Shown piece after piece: positions 27,843 to 38,118 of a DNA stretch of 64,000 bases. The first letter of the stretch is position 1. Each line of letters starts with the position of its first letter. The notes below the pieces were generated by a model. It made no database searches. It saw only the letters and a list, made by a program, of their open reading frames with translations, and was not told the origin of the DNA. This DNA comes from Candidatus Parcubacteria bacterium (GTDB lineage: Bacteria > Patescibacteriota > Minisyncoccia > Phycocordibacterales > Phycocordibacteraceae): contig JAXDML010000010.1 in NCBI GenBank assembly GCA_034666125.1, positions 150,037 through 214,036 on the forward strand. The letters are read 5' to 3'. Position numbers and translations under genes: made by a program.

Positions 27843-29204
27843 TTAAAACTCGCTCCCCAAATCTCCATATCCCGATTTGTCCATCGGCATGAAGCTTGTG
27901 CGCTTCTCGTCGAAGTAGAGCTCCACGCGCCCCGTCGGGCCGTTGCGGTGCTTCTCGATGAGGATCTCGGCGATGTTGGGCCGGTCGCTGTCGGGGTTAC
28001 GCTTGTCATCACGATGGATGAACATCACAACGTCGGCATCCTGCTCGATCGATCCCGAGTCGCGGAGGTCCGATAGGCGGGGCTTACCGCCACGCTGCTC
28101 CACGGCGCGCGAAAGCTGCGAGAGAGCGAGGACGGGCACTTCGAGCTCGCGGGCCAGCGACTTGAGCGAGCGTGATATCTCGGTGACCTGCTGCACCATG
28201 GAATCCGATGCCTTAAGGCCGCCCGAGGGCGCCATGAGCTGGAGATAGTCGACGACGATGAGCCCGATGCCGCGTTCTCGCTTCAGGCGCCGGGCGACCG
28301 CGCGCATCGCGAGGATGTTATTGCCCGGCTTGTCGTCGATATAGATAGGGGCCTTGGAAAGGGTCTCGAGCGCGTCGCGGATACGGCCGAACTCCTCCTC
28401 GGCACGCACAGCGCCCGTACGGATCTTCCAGGAGTTCACGTACGACTCGGCCGCAAGCATGCGGTCGACGAGCTGCTCGGAGCTCATCTCGAGCGAGAAG
28501 ATGCCGACCGGCACGTTGTGCTTCACCGCGGCATTGCGGGCGATATCGAGTCCGAGCGACGTCTTACCGACCGACGGACGCGCGGCGAGGATAACGAGGT
28601 CCGACGGATGGAGCCCTGAAAGCAGGTTGTCGAGGTCGGGGAAGCCGGTCGGCACACCGCGGATGGCCCCGTCCTGCTTCGATAGCGACTCGATGCGCTC
28701 CCAGGCATTCTCGAGCTTGTCCGAGATAGCCGTGAACTTATGCGATGCCGAGCCGTTGCCGACCTCGTAGATGGCCTTTTCGGCGGAGTCGAGGACCTCG
28801 GCGGCATCGCGTCCTTCCTCGTACGCGTGCTCGGTGATCTCATGCGCGACGTCTATAAGCGAACGCATGACGTGCTTGCGCGAGACGAGTTCGGCATAGT
28901 GCGCGAAGTTGCCCGGGGTGGGGGAAGAGTTCGCGAGCTCCGCGATGTACGCGCGACCGCCGCAGCGCTCGAGCGTGCTGCGTCCCTGGAGTCGTTCGGA
29001 AAGCGAGAGGATGTCGATGGGCTCGCCGCGATCCGAGAGATCGCGCATCGCCTCGAAGATCAGCTTGTGCTTCTCGGCGTAGAAGGAGTCCGCACGTATG
29101 GTGTCGGAGACGTCATGAATAGCGTCCGGCTTGAGGAGCAGGGAACCGAGGAGCCCGCGCTCGCTGTCGAGGCTCTGGGGAGGGATGCGGGAGAAGTCGG
29201 CCAT
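27843..29204 (-). CDS. dnaB: Replicative DNA helicase
   Basis: PPQS, AARPSVGKT, FSLEMS, VDYLQLM, LSQLSR, LRDSGSIEQDAD, KHRNGPTG. Confidence 0.97.
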   Translation of the reverse strand: MADFSRIPPQSLDSERGLLGSLLLKPDAIHDVSDTIRADSFYAEKHKLIFEAMRDLSDRGEPIDILSLSERLQGRSTLERCGGRAYIAELANSSPTPGNFAHYAELVSRKHVMRSLIDVAHEITEHAYEEGRDAAEVLDSAEKAIYEVGNGSASHKFTAISDKLENAWERIESLSKQDGAIRGVPTGFPDLDNLLSGLHPSDLVILAARPSVGKTSLGLDIARNAAVKHNVPVGIFSLEMSSEQLVDRMLAAESYVNSWKIRTGAVRAEEEFGRIRDALETLSKAPIYIDDKPGNNILAMRAVARRLKRERGIGLIVVDYLQLMAPSGGLKASDSMVQQVTEISRSLKSLARELEVPVLALSQLSRAVEQRGGKPRLSDLRDSGSIEQDADVVMFIHRDDKRNPDSDRPNIAEILIEKHRNGPTGRVELYFDEKRTSFMPMDKSGYGDLGSEF

Positions 29205-29218
29205 GTAGACCGATTGTA

Positions 29219-30661
29219 TCAACCGGGCCGCCTGGTGACCATCGCGCCTTCAGGCCGGTCGTCCACATCATATCCCCGTTCCTGTATGTGGATACGGAGC
29301 CCGTCGGCTTTCTTGAAATCGCCCTGCTGACGGGCCTGCTGGCGGCTGGCGATGAGCTTCTGCACGTCTTCAGGAATATCCGTGTCCTTGAGGCGTCCAT
29401 AGAACGGAGGCTCGATCAGAGAAAGGCCGAGAATGCTATCCGCCGCCTTGATGACCCCCCAGGCAGTCTTGGCTTGGACACCGTCGTCGCGCACGGTCTC
29501 CCAGAGGAGGGCGAGCGCAGCAGGAGTCGAAAGGTCATCTCGCAGGAGCGCCGTTATGCGGTCCGATGCAGGAGACGATGTGGCGGCTCCTCTCGACTCC
29601 TCCTTGAACTCGCGCGCGTGGCGCCAGAGGCGCGTAAGGGCTTCGTTCGCGGCCTCGAGCGACTCCCACGAGAAGGAGAGGGGAGATCGGTAGTGCGCCT
29701 GGAGGAAGAGGTAGCGGAGTGCGAGTGGGTGGATGCCGCGCTCGATGATGTCGGAGAGGTATACGACGCGGTTCTCAGACTTGGCAAAGCGTTCTCCTTC
29801 GAGGTTCAGGAACGCACCGTGCATGAAGTACCTCACGAACGGCTTTCCGTTCGCCGCTTCCGACTGCGCGATCTCATTGTTGTGGTGCGTGGGGATGTGA
29901 TCGATCCCGCCCGTATGAATATCAAGCGTCTCGCCGAGAAGCGCTTTCGACATCGCCGAGCACTCGATGTGCCAACCGGGGAAACCTCGACCCCAGGGGC
30001 TGTCCCATTCCTGCTGGCGCTTCTCTCCCGGTGCGGAGAATTTCCAGAGGGCGAAGTCCGCAGGACTTCGCTTCTCCGCGTTCTCTTCGATGCGCGCCTC
30101 GGTCTTCTTCGAGATACCGCCAAGTTTCCCGTATCCTGAGAACTTCGTTGTATCAAAGTAGATACCGTCGCGGATCTCATACGTAAGTCCTTTCTCTTCG
30201 AGCGTCTTGATGAGCGCGATCTGTTCCTTTATATATTCGGTCGCGCGCGGGAAGAGGATATCGCCCGTATCAAGGTTCAGCGCCCGGATGTCCTCCAAAA
30301 AGAGCTTCGTGTAGCGCTCGGCGATATCGGCAGCGGTTGCGCCCGCTTCGCGTGCGCTCTTCTCCATTTTGTCCTCGCCTTCGTCAGCGTCCGACACCAG
30401 GTGCCCGACATCCGTGATGTTGATGACTCTGCGCACGCGGTACCCCGACTCGCCGAGAACGCGGGCAATAAGGTCAGAGAACACATACTGACGGAGATTC
30501 CCGATGTGCGCCTGGCTATACACCGTCGGTCCGCAGGAATACAGGCTCGCCTGGCCAGCTTTAAGGGGGGCGAAAGGCTCCTTTTTGCCTGAAAGGGTAT
30601 TAGTAAAAAAGATAGGCGAAGTATTCTTTCGCTCCGTTTCCTTATTAGAAAAGGGCCACAT
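29219..30661 (-). CDS. cysS: Cysteine--tRNA ligase
   Basis: CGPTVY, HIGN, DFALWK, PGWHIECS, HHNNEIAQSE. Confidence 0.97.
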   Translation of the reverse strand: MWPFSNKETERKNTSPIFFTNTLSGKKEPFAPLKAGQASLYSCGPTVYSQAHIGNLRQYVFSDLIARVLGESGYRVRRVINITDVGHLVSDADEGEDKMEKSAREAGATAADIAERYTKLFLEDIRALNLDTGDILFPRATEYIKEQIALIKTLEEKGLTYEIRDGIYFDTTKFSGYGKLGGISKKTEARIEENAEKRSPADFALWKFSAPGEKRQQEWDSPWGRGFPGWHIECSAMSKALLGETLDIHTGGIDHIPTHHNNEIAQSEAANGKPFVRYFMHGAFLNLEGERFAKSENRVVYLSDIIERGIHPLALRYLFLQAHYRSPLSFSWESLEAANEALTRLWRHAREFKEESRGAATSSPASDRITALLRDDLSTPAALALLWETVRDDGVQAKTAWGVIKAADSILGLSLIEPPFYGRLKDTDIPEDVQKLIASRQQARQQGDFKKADGLRIHIQERGYDVDDRPEGAMVTRRPG

Positions 30662-30794
30662 AGTCCTTATACGGTAGCACGTCGTTTTAATTACGTATGA
30701 TCTACAGGCCCACCACTAGGGATTGGAAACGAAATACGCTCCAGCCAAAGCCGGAGCGCCGCACTTGTACCAGGTGTGCGAAACCTCGTCGAGA

Positions 30795-31202
30795 TTAGTC
30801 GCCCTCGCGAAGTCGCCGACGAACGTCCTCGGGAACGCCTGCTAAAGCGCTACGGAGCACCCCAAGCAGACGAGCTTCCTGTTGAGCGAGGTCGAGCCAA
30901 TATTGAACATAACGTGCGACCACCACACGAAGCTCCTCGGGAATCGGCTGACCTTTGACGAAAGACCGCAGGCTAAGCACGATCGCACGGAGCGCGTCCG
31001 TAACCTTCGCCGCGTCCTCATCGTGGTGCAGAACGGCCTGCATCGAAACCCGAGACACGAAATACCGAATACGGCCTTCGTTATCCTCGGTATGCTCGAG
31101 GAAGTCGGCAACTGCTTGCCGATCCCCATCCGAAATGGCACCTGGGTGCCGCTGAACGGCAGCAAGAGCCGTCGTGTAGATGTCAGTTCTTTCCGCGTCC
31201 AT
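30795..31202 (-). CDS. Hypothetical helical protein
   Basis: GGAGG SD before ATG31202; no recognised motif. Confidence 0.55.
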   Translation of the reverse strand: MDAERTDIYTTALAAVQRHPGAISDGDRQAVADFLEHTEDNEGRIRYFVSRVSMQAVLHHDEDAAKVTDALRAIVLSLRSFVKGQPIPEELRVVVARYVQYWLDLAQQEARLLGVLRSALAGVPEDVRRRLREGD

Positions 31203-31343
31203 ATGTACCTCCATCGACAGTGCGGTTCTGGGTCAACCGTACCACAACATCTTTATTTAACCAGGCAGAAGATAATTCGAACGACTACCAGGATAGCCTT
31301 AGAGAAACCTGTATTTAAAAACCGAATAACGGTGTTTGGATTC

Positions 31344-32690
31344 CTACACAAACGACACGAGCAGCGCGACCCCGAAGACGGCCATGACCGCGAATGCCGC
31401 CCAGAGCCCGAGCTTCGATAGCCAGCCGCTCTTATGGTTCCCCATGATGTCGCTCCGGCCGGAAAGCCGCGCGATGAGGTAGATGAGCGGGACCGCGGCG
31501 ATGCCGTTGAACACGGCGGTGAACACGAGGACCTTGATGGGGTCGAAGCCGACGAAGTTAAACAGGAGGCCGGCCAGGGTGCCGAAGATGATGACGAGGT
31601 AGAAGTTGCGCGACTGCTTGAACTTGCGGAAAAGACCTTCGCGCCAGTTGAAGGTCTCGGACACGGCGTACGCGGAACTTCCCGCGAGGACCGGGATGCT
31701 CTGGAGCCCGATACCGATGACGCCGATCGCGAAGATGAGCTTGGCGAGGAAACCGGCGTTCGGGAACGTCTGGACGAGCGGCTCGAGCGCTCGGGCCGCG
31801 TCAGCGGCGTTCTCAATGTTCGTGATGCCCGCCTGGTTCAGCACCACCGCGCCGACAATGATGATGAACCATGCGGTGACGTTCGAGAAGAGCATGCCGA
31901 TGAACGTATCGATCCGGAGGCGCTTCAGATACGGCTTGCTCAGTTTCGGGACGCCGCCGCGCTGCGGCAGCCGGTGGTCCGCGATCTCGTCTTCGACGAC
32001 GTTGCTCGTCTGCCAGAAGAACAGGTACGGCGAGATCGTGGTCCCGAAGATGGCGACGATAATATAGATGAATGACTCATTGAATTGTATCTGTGGCGTG
32101 AGCGTTGCCTTCAGCACCGTCGTCCACGGAACGTCTATCAGAAAGGCCGTGATGATGTACGCGAACAGGGCCATGGCGAGCCACTTCAGGATGCGTATGT
32201 ACGTGCGGTAGGGGATGAAGACCTCGAGGACCAGGATGAGCATGGCGAACCCTATGGCGAGCGCCGGGAACGGCAGCCACGGAACGAGCAGCTCCGCGCT
32301 CGCGGCCATCGCCCCGATGTCAGCGCCGATGTTGAGGGTGTTCGCGCATACCACTAATAGAACGATCGGGTACAGGACTTTCTTCGGGTAGTGCTCCCTG
32401 ACGACCGCAGCCAGCCCTTTTCCCGTCACGGCGCCGATGCGCATGCACGCCTCCTGTACGGCCGTCATGAGCGGGTAGGTGAAGAGCATCGTCCATGGCG
32501 TCTGTAAGCCGAACTGCGCTCCCGCCTGGGAATAGGTGGCGATGCCGCTGGGATCGTCGTCGGCGGCACCCGTCACGACGCCCGGGCCGAGTATGCGCAG
32601 GAACCTGCCGAACTTCTTCGGCTGCTTCCGTTTCTTGGCGCCCGCGTCCAGCTGCGCTTCGGCGATGACCTCGTCCGGGAATTTGACCAT
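31344..32690 (-). CDS. NRAMP-family divalent metal transporter
   Basis: GPGVVTGAADDDPSGIATYSQAGA, GTTISPY; about 11 TM. Confidence 0.9.
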   Translation of the reverse strand: MVKFPDEVIAEAQLDAGAKKRKQPKKFGRFLRILGPGVVTGAADDDPSGIATYSQAGAQFGLQTPWTMLFTYPLMTAVQEACMRIGAVTGKGLAAVVREHYPKKVLYPIVLLVVCANTLNIGADIGAMAASAELLVPWLPFPALAIGFAMLILVLEVFIPYRTYIRILKWLAMALFAYIITAFLIDVPWTTVLKATLTPQIQFNESFIYIIVAIFGTTISPYLFFWQTSNVVEDEIADHRLPQRGGVPKLSKPYLKRLRIDTFIGMLFSNVTAWFIIIVGAVVLNQAGITNIENAADAARALEPLVQTFPNAGFLAKLIFAIGVIGIGLQSIPVLAGSSAYAVSETFNWREGLFRKFKQSRNFYLVIIFGTLAGLLFNFVGFDPIKVLVFTAVFNGIAAVPLIYLIARLSGRSDIMGNHKSGWLSKLGLWAAFAVMAVFGVALLVSFV

Positions 32691-32692
32691 GC

Positions 32693-33499
32693 TTACAGTA
32701 TCTCTATGAAGGCGGCGATTAGGGACAGCGCGATCGCGACGAAGGAGACGGCCGTAAGGCGTTTGATGACCTCGTTCTGGGATGCGGAGAGAAGCGAGTC
32801 GTTGGTGCTGCGCAGCTCAGCGACGACGGCCCGGTACGTGCGCACGATCGCGGTGGTATGGTCGTGCTCCGCCTGGATGTGCGCGGCGCGGATCGCGAAG
32901 CGCTTTCCGAAGAAGCCGCTTCCCGAAAGGTATTCGAGGAAGGACTTGAGCGGCACGGCATGCCGCGCGAGGGCCGTATCGAAGCGCAGGAGCACCCGCC
33001 CGACGAGCGAGATGGTGCGTACCATCTTCCGTTCCTTCCCCGCGAATATGTCCTCCTCGATGCGTTCGGTCGAACGCGCGGTCTCATGCGCCTGCTCGCG
33101 GATGGCCCGGTACATGTGCCGGAGTATCCGCTCCACGAGCACGTCGGCATGCGTCGCCCGCGCCGGCAGGCCGAGGAGCTCCTCGGCCTCGAACACCCGA
33201 TGCAGGGCGAGCATGGGTTCCACTACCTCGTACCGGACCGTGATAAGGAACTCCTTGCCGACGATGAAGTCGATCTCCTGGTTCCGGGCGCCGCCCTTGG
33301 GGTCGGTCGTGGGAAAATGGAGGATAAGGTACACGTAGCCTTCGGAGGGAAGGACAAGCGGGTACGGAGTGGGGGAGACGATCTCGTCTTCCACCCTCTC
33401 TTCGACGCCGAATTCCTGCATCACCGCGTGCAGCTCCTCGCGCGCAGGCGCTTCCAGGTCCACCCATGTAACTCCGTTCCGGCTATGTCGCTTTACCAT
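32693..33499 (-). CDS. CorA-family protein lacking GMN motif and TM2
   Basis: TWVDLEAP, YLILHFP, EIDFIVGKEFLITV, NEVIKRLT; stops after first TM. Confidence 0.75.
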   Translation of the reverse strand: MVKRHSRNGVTWVDLEAPAREELHAVMQEFGVEERVEDEIVSPTPYPLVLPSEGYVYLILHFPTTDPKGGARNQEIDFIVGKEFLITVRYEVVEPMLALHRVFEAEELLGLPARATHADVLVERILRHMYRAIREQAHETARSTERIEEDIFAGKERKMVRTISLVGRVLLRFDTALARHAVPLKSFLEYLSGSGFFGKRFAIRAAHIQAEHDHTTAIVRTYRAVVAELRSTNDSLLSASQNEVIKRLTAVSFVAIALSLIAAFIEIL

Positions 33500-33598
33500 G
33501 CTGTCTTTAGTATACAAGCGTTGTGCGCGGGGACCGCGCACGGGCTGGGTATAGACCGCATCATGCAGCAGGAACACCTCCTGTGATACACTTTGCGC

Positions 33599-34879
33599 AT
33601 GCAAGGCGAACCTTCTCGATCTTTCGAGGATTCGGCGATTTCGAGTAAACGATTCAGGCGGACGCTCCGCCTGGGCGTGCTGTTCGCTCTCGTGCTCTCG
33701 CTCGGCTTCGCGGGCGGGCTCTCCGTGGGGGCCGCAGGCGGCTCGCGCATTATCTCAAGCCTGCCGCTCATCGGCGACGGCCTGAATGCCACGCCCGATC
33801 CCAGCCTCGACTTCACCGAGTTCTGGAAGGTGTACAACACGCTGAACGGCAAGTTCGTGCAGACCCACGGCTCGTCGACCCTCCCGACCCTCGAAGAGAG
33901 GATGTGGGGCGCCATCCAGGGCCTGACCGACTCCTATGGCGACCCCTACACCGTCTTCCTTCCTCCCGAGGAGGCGAAGCTGTTCCAGGAGGAGATATCC
34001 GGTAATTTTGAAGGCGTCGGCATGGAGATCGGCCTCAGTCCGGAGGGCGTGCTTACGGTCATCGCGCCACTCAAGGGAACGCCTGCCGAGCGCGCCGGTC
34101 TCGTGCCGGGTGACCTCATCCTTTCCATAGACGGCAAATCGACCGAGGGCATGACGACGGAAGCCGCCGTGAAACTCATCCGCGGCCCCAAGGGATCGAC
34201 CGTGAAGTTCACCATTCTTCGTGAGGGGAAGCCGCGCGACATATCCGTCGTGCGTGACACTATCCAGGTCCCGACCCTCGACACGAACTTCGATCGCGAT
34301 ACGGGCATCTACACCATTGCGCTCTATGAGTTCACCGGAAACTCGGTGACCCTCTTCGAGAACGCCCTCGCGGACTTCAGGTCCTCCGGAAGCAAGAAGC
34401 TCATTCTCGACCTGCGGGGCAATCCGGGCGGGTACCTCGACGCCGCCGTGGACATGTCGAGCCATTTCCTCCCGCGCGGCGAGATCGTCGTCACCGAGGA
34501 CTACAAGGGCAAGGAGCAGAACCTCGTGCATAAGAGCACGGGTACGGGCGGGCTTCCGGCAGGCACGAAGATCGTCATATTGATCGACAAGGGCTCGGCA
34601 AGCGCGTCCGAGATCCTTGCGGGCGCGCTGAAGGACCACGGCCTCGCGACGCTTATCGGCACGCGCTCCTTCGGCAAGGGATCGGTCCAGGAGCTCATCC
34701 CGGTCGGGCAGGGAGCCCTCAAGGTCACGGTCGCGCGCTGGCTCACGCCTTCCGGCAAGTCGATCTCGGACGGAGGACTCGCGCCCGACATCGAGGTCGA
34801 GCGAACGCCCGAGGACGTCACTGCGGGCAAGGACCCGCAGATGGATCGGGCGGTGGAGTTTTTAAATACGGGAAAATAG
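33599..34879 (+). CDS. S41 carboxyl-terminal protease (CtpA-like)
   Basis: DPYT, PDZ domain, LDLRGNPGG, SASASEI, GKGSVQ. Confidence 0.93.
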   Translation: MQGEPSRSFEDSAISSKRFRRTLRLGVLFALVLSLGFAGGLSVGAAGGSRIISSLPLIGDGLNATPDPSLDFTEFWKVYNTLNGKFVQTHGSSTLPTLEERMWGAIQGLTDSYGDPYTVFLPPEEAKLFQEEISGNFEGVGMEIGLSPEGVLTVIAPLKGTPAERAGLVPGDLILSIDGKSTEGMTTEAAVKLIRGPKGSTVKFTILREGKPRDISVVRDTIQVPTLDTNFDRDTGIYTIALYEFTGNSVTLFENALADFRSSGSKKLILDLRGNPGGYLDAAVDMSSHFLPRGEIVVTEDYKGKEQNLVHKSTGTGGLPAGTKIVILIDKGSASASEILAGALKDHGLATLIGTRSFGKGSVQELIPVGQGALKVTVARWLTPSGKSISDGGLAPDIEVERTPEDVTAGKDPQMDRAVEFLNTGK

Positions 34880-34923
34880 CCGCAGTTGCGGGAAGCAGGC
34901 GGAAACGGTAGGATACCCCCACT

Positions 34924-35349
34924 ATGAAAGTCGTATTACTGAAGGATGTGCGTGATATGGGCAGGGCAGGGAGCGCGGTCGACGTCGCGGACGGACACGC
35001 GCTCAACTTCCTCATCCCCCGCAAGATGGCCGTGCTCGCCACTCCCGTGGCACTCAAGCGCGCCGAATCACTTGCCAAGGCTGCGACTGAGCGCCGGGAG
35101 CTCGATGCGAAACTCATCTCCGATCGCCTCACCGCGCTTGCCGAAGAGCGTATCGTCATCAGGAAGAAGGCGAATGATCAGGGTCATCTCTATGACGCCG
35201 TCGACGCGAAGGACATCGCCGAAGCCGCGCAGCTTCCCGTAGAGGCCGTCCACATCGAGCGGCCGTTCAAGGAGATCGGCGAGTTCGAGGTTCCCGTCGC
35301 CAAAGGCGAGGATTTCGGGAAGATCACGATAGTGATCGAAGCAGAATAA
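34924..35349 (+). CDS. rplI: 50S ribosomal protein L9
   Basis: MKVVLLKDV..G..G..VDVADGHALNFLIP. Confidence 0.95.
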   Translation: MKVVLLKDVRDMGRAGSAVDVADGHALNFLIPRKMAVLATPVALKRAESLAKAATERRELDAKLISDRLTALAEERIVIRKKANDQGHLYDAVDAKDIAEAAQLPVEAVHIERPFKEIGEFEVPVAKGEDFGKITIVIEAE

Positions 35350-35370
35350 ATAAGGAGGGAAGGGGAAAAG

Positions 35371-35405
35371 AAAAACCGCCGGACATCATGGGTCCGGCGG
35401 CTTTT
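35371..35405. terminator. Bidirectional terminator between rplI and rpmA
   Basis: AAAAA-CCGCCGGAC...GTCCGGCGG-CTTTT. Confidence 0.65.
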
Positions 35406-35418
35406 CTGCAGGAAGACG

Positions 35419-35700
35419 TTAGGCTATCGCCAGGACATCTACCACTTTCTTGCGGACGACGCGCCCGTCGAAGTTCGTCTTGCGACGATCACGGAAGCTC
35501 ACCTTGCCGGTGATCATCGCGTAGAGCGTATGATCTTTGCCGACTTTCACGTTCTTGCCGGGCATGATCTTCGTGCCGCGCTGGCGAACGATGACCATCC
35601 CGGGACGCGCTGCCTGCCCGTCGGAAAGTTTTACCCCGAGGTACTTGGGGTTCGAAGTATTCAGGTTTCGTGCTGACCCGCCAGCTTTTGTATGTGCCAT
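35419..35700 (-). CDS. rpmA: 50S ribosomal protein L27
   Basis: MAHTKAGGS, IVRQRGT, GKDHTL. Confidence 0.97.
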   Translation of the reverse strand: MAHTKAGGSARNLNTSNPKYLGVKLSDGQAARPGMVIVRQRGTKIMPGKNVKVGKDHTLYAMITGKVSFRDRRKTNFDGRVVRKKVVDVLAIA

Positions 35701-35899
35701 GGTGTTACGTTGTGAATATGACTATAGCAGAAAGGCTGAGGCGGAGCAAGGGCGTAGATACGGGGCAGAATGAGGAAGTCCCGGCGGGCGCCGGCAAAGA
35801 ACTGAAAGGGAATCTAAACGTACGAATCCCGCTTGCGCGGGGTTCTCGGAGGCCGGAACCATTTGTACCTCAAGTGTATCACGCTGCTATACTGCACGC

Positions 35900-36502
35900 A
35901 TGATCGCCGTGGACGTGGAAGCGACCGGAATCGACGCCGAACGGGCGTCGATCGTGTCGATAGGCGCCGTCGATCTCGACGACCCCGCGAACCAGTTCTA
36001 TGAGGAGTGCCGGGCATGGGACGGCGCGCATCTTTCCAATGAAGCCCTCGCCATCACCGGCTTCTCGAAGGACGAGATAGGGGAGGAGAGCGGCAAGCAA
36101 ACGGAGGGCGAGCTTGTCCGGAATTTCATCACCTGGGCCATGGACCGTCCGCAGACCCATACGTTCGTCGGACAGAACCCGCGCTTCGACAGCGACTTCA
36201 TCGCGGCGGCCTGCCGCCGCGCCGGCACGGAGTTCCCGTTCGCGTACCGCTCCATCGATACGCATACGCTTTGCTGGAACCATATCGTACAGAGAGGGGA
36301 GCAGCCGCCCGTGGCGAATAAGCGTTCCGCCATCAACCTCGACTATATCCTCCAGTACTGCGGGGTGCCAGCCGAACCGAAGCCTCACAACGCCCTCAAC
36401 GGCGCGTTATCCCATGCCGAGGTCTTCTTCCGCTTGGTCTATACTAAGAAAGTATTACCCGAGTTCCTTGAACATGACATTCCATGGATAAAGACGCAGT
36501 AG
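35900..36502 (+). CDS. DEDDh 3'-5' exonuclease
   Basis: VDVEATG, QNPRFD, IDTHTL, HNALNGA. Confidence 0.85.
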   Translation: MIAVDVEATGIDAERASIVSIGAVDLDDPANQFYEECRAWDGAHLSNEALAITGFSKDEIGEESGKQTEGELVRNFITWAMDRPQTHTFVGQNPRFDSDFIAAACRRAGTEFPFAYRSIDTHTLCWNHIVQRGEQPPVANKRSAINLDYILQYCGVPAEPKPHNALNGALSHAEVFFRLVYTKKVLPEFLEHDIPWIKTQ

Positions 36503-37305
36503 GGCAGCAGCCGGCAGGCCCGAAGGAGCAGAGGGGCGGAACGACCGTACCGCCCGTACCGACCCCCGAGCACTCGAACACGCCCGAGCATCACGAGGCG
36601 ATGGGGCGGATCCTGTCGCAGACTATCGAGCGCGGGAAGCAGGAAGTGCCGGACAATCCGTCTCCGCTCGTCTGCAAGCCGCGGGAGCTCGAGAGCTGGC
36701 GCGTGTTCAAGATCATGTCCGAGTTTGTCGAGGGGTTCGAGCTCATCAGGAAATATGGGCTCGCGGTGAGCTTCTTCGGCACCGCGCGTGTGGGCTTCGA
36801 GGAGCATTTCTATAAGGAAGCGACCGACCTCGCCGGGAAGCTTGCGAAGGCCGGCTTCGCGGTCATCACGGGCGGGAGCTCCGGCGTCATGGAGGCGGCG
36901 AACAAGGGAGCGTTCGAAGCGGGCGGCGCATCCGTCGGTCTCAACATACGCCTCGACCAGAACCAGGGACTTAACACGTACCTCACCGACTCGTACACCT
37001 TCGAGCACTTCTTCGTACGGAAGGTCATGCTCGCCTTCGCCTCAGAGGTGTACGTCTTCTTCCCGGGTGGATACGGCACCATGGACGAGTTCTTCGAGAT
37101 AGTCACGCTCGTGCAGACGGGGAAAATACGGAAAGTCCCGATCGTCGTCTTCGGCAAGGAATACTGGGAACCGCTCATCGCCTTCATGCAGCTGAAGTTC
37201 CTCGAAGAGCACGCGGCCATCGACGCTCCCGATCTCGAGCTCTTTTTCGTGGCCGATACGGTGGATGAGGCGTATGAATTCATCACGAAGAACGTGCAGT
37301 GCTAG
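36484..37305 (+). CDS. LOG-family (TIGR00730) protein; start may be 36601
   Basis: ITGGSSGVMEAANKGA, FFVRKVM, FPGGYGTMDEFFE. Confidence 0.9.
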   Translation: MDKDAVGQQPAGPKEQRGGTTVPPVPTPEHSNTPEHHEAMGRILSQTIERGKQEVPDNPSPLVCKPRELESWRVFKIMSEFVEGFELIRKYGLAVSFFGTARVGFEEHFYKEATDLAGKLAKAGFAVITGGSSGVMEAANKGAFEAGGASVGLNIRLDQNQGLNTYLTDSYTFEHFFVRKVMLAFASEVYVFFPGGYGTMDEFFEIVTLVQTGKIRKVPIVVFGKEYWEPLIAFMQLKFLEEHAAIDAPDLELFFVADTVDEAYEFITKNVQC

Positions 37306-37345
37306 TCCGAGAGCAGAGAAAGGGAAGAGGAGAAAGCAGGATAAC

Positions 37346-37373
37346 GCAAAAACGCCCCGAGGGGCGTTTTTGC
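37346..37373. terminator. Bidirectional intrinsic terminator
   Basis: GCAAAAACGCCCC-ga-GGGGCGTTTTTGC. Confidence 0.75.
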
Positions 37374-37374
37374 T

Positions 37375-37600
37375 GATAGCCGGTTGATGTCTCATCCCGA
37401 TCGCGCCGGAGAGGGTTTACCGCATCTCTCCCGAAGGTTCGATGCAGGACCGGACTCCAACACTCGCTTACAAGACCCGGTTCTCAATCGATAGGCTGCT
37501 TTTGGCCGAAGCCTCGAACAGTTATCTACCGACCCTGCCCGAGGCCGAAGCCAAGGGCTAAGTTCGAGTATCGCGCCTGCCGCAAAACCCGGCAACTGTG
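37375..37600 (-). ncRNA. Unassigned structured RNA candidate
   Basis: Closing helix GCCGGGUU/AACCGGC, three C(UUCG)G motifs, nested helices, upstream promoter-like sequence, downstream terminator. Confidence 0.5.
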
Positions 37601-37691
37601 GATACTGTTTATAAGGTGGGGACAAAAAATATAATAGGGAAAAGCCGTTTCTTCAACGCGGCTTGATATCCCAGGTTTGAAGAAGCGGCTT

Positions 37692-37922
37692 TCAACTCAG
37701 CCCGGGGATGTGCAGGTCCCCCTCCACGAAGAGCCAGAAAATGAGCCCGGCGACGACGACGATCAGCGATGTCTCGGGCCATGGCAACCCTATCCAATGG
37801 CAGATCAGCGCGATGAGGGCCAGAAGGATTAGTCCCCAGATGGTCGGGCCTAGACTGTTACCCCTCAACATGATGATCAGCGTCCAGATTGCGCACAACG
37901 CAAAGGGCAGGTACTGGGTCAC
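37692..37922 (-). CDS. Small membrane protein
   Basis: AAAGGAGG SD, GTG start, TTGACT-17-TACAGT promoter; three hydrophobic segments. Confidence 0.7.
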   Translation of the reverse strand: MTQYLPFALCAIWTLIIMLRGNSLGPTIWGLILLALIALICHWIGLPWPETSLIVVVAGLIFWLFVEGDLHIPGLS

Positions 37923-38118
37923 GGTGACCTCCTTTCGTTTCAGTACCCTATGACTGTACGACTTACAAAGTAGAGAGTCAATAGAGAAGAGAATCGTATC
38001 AAAAGGAAAAAACTATCACATTCAACAGGGAGGCAAAGAAGACGGATGGCCGTTTTCCTTACAATGGCGACACGTGACCATAGGCATGTCGAGTGGCGGG
38101 GAAAGGCCCGAACCGTAT

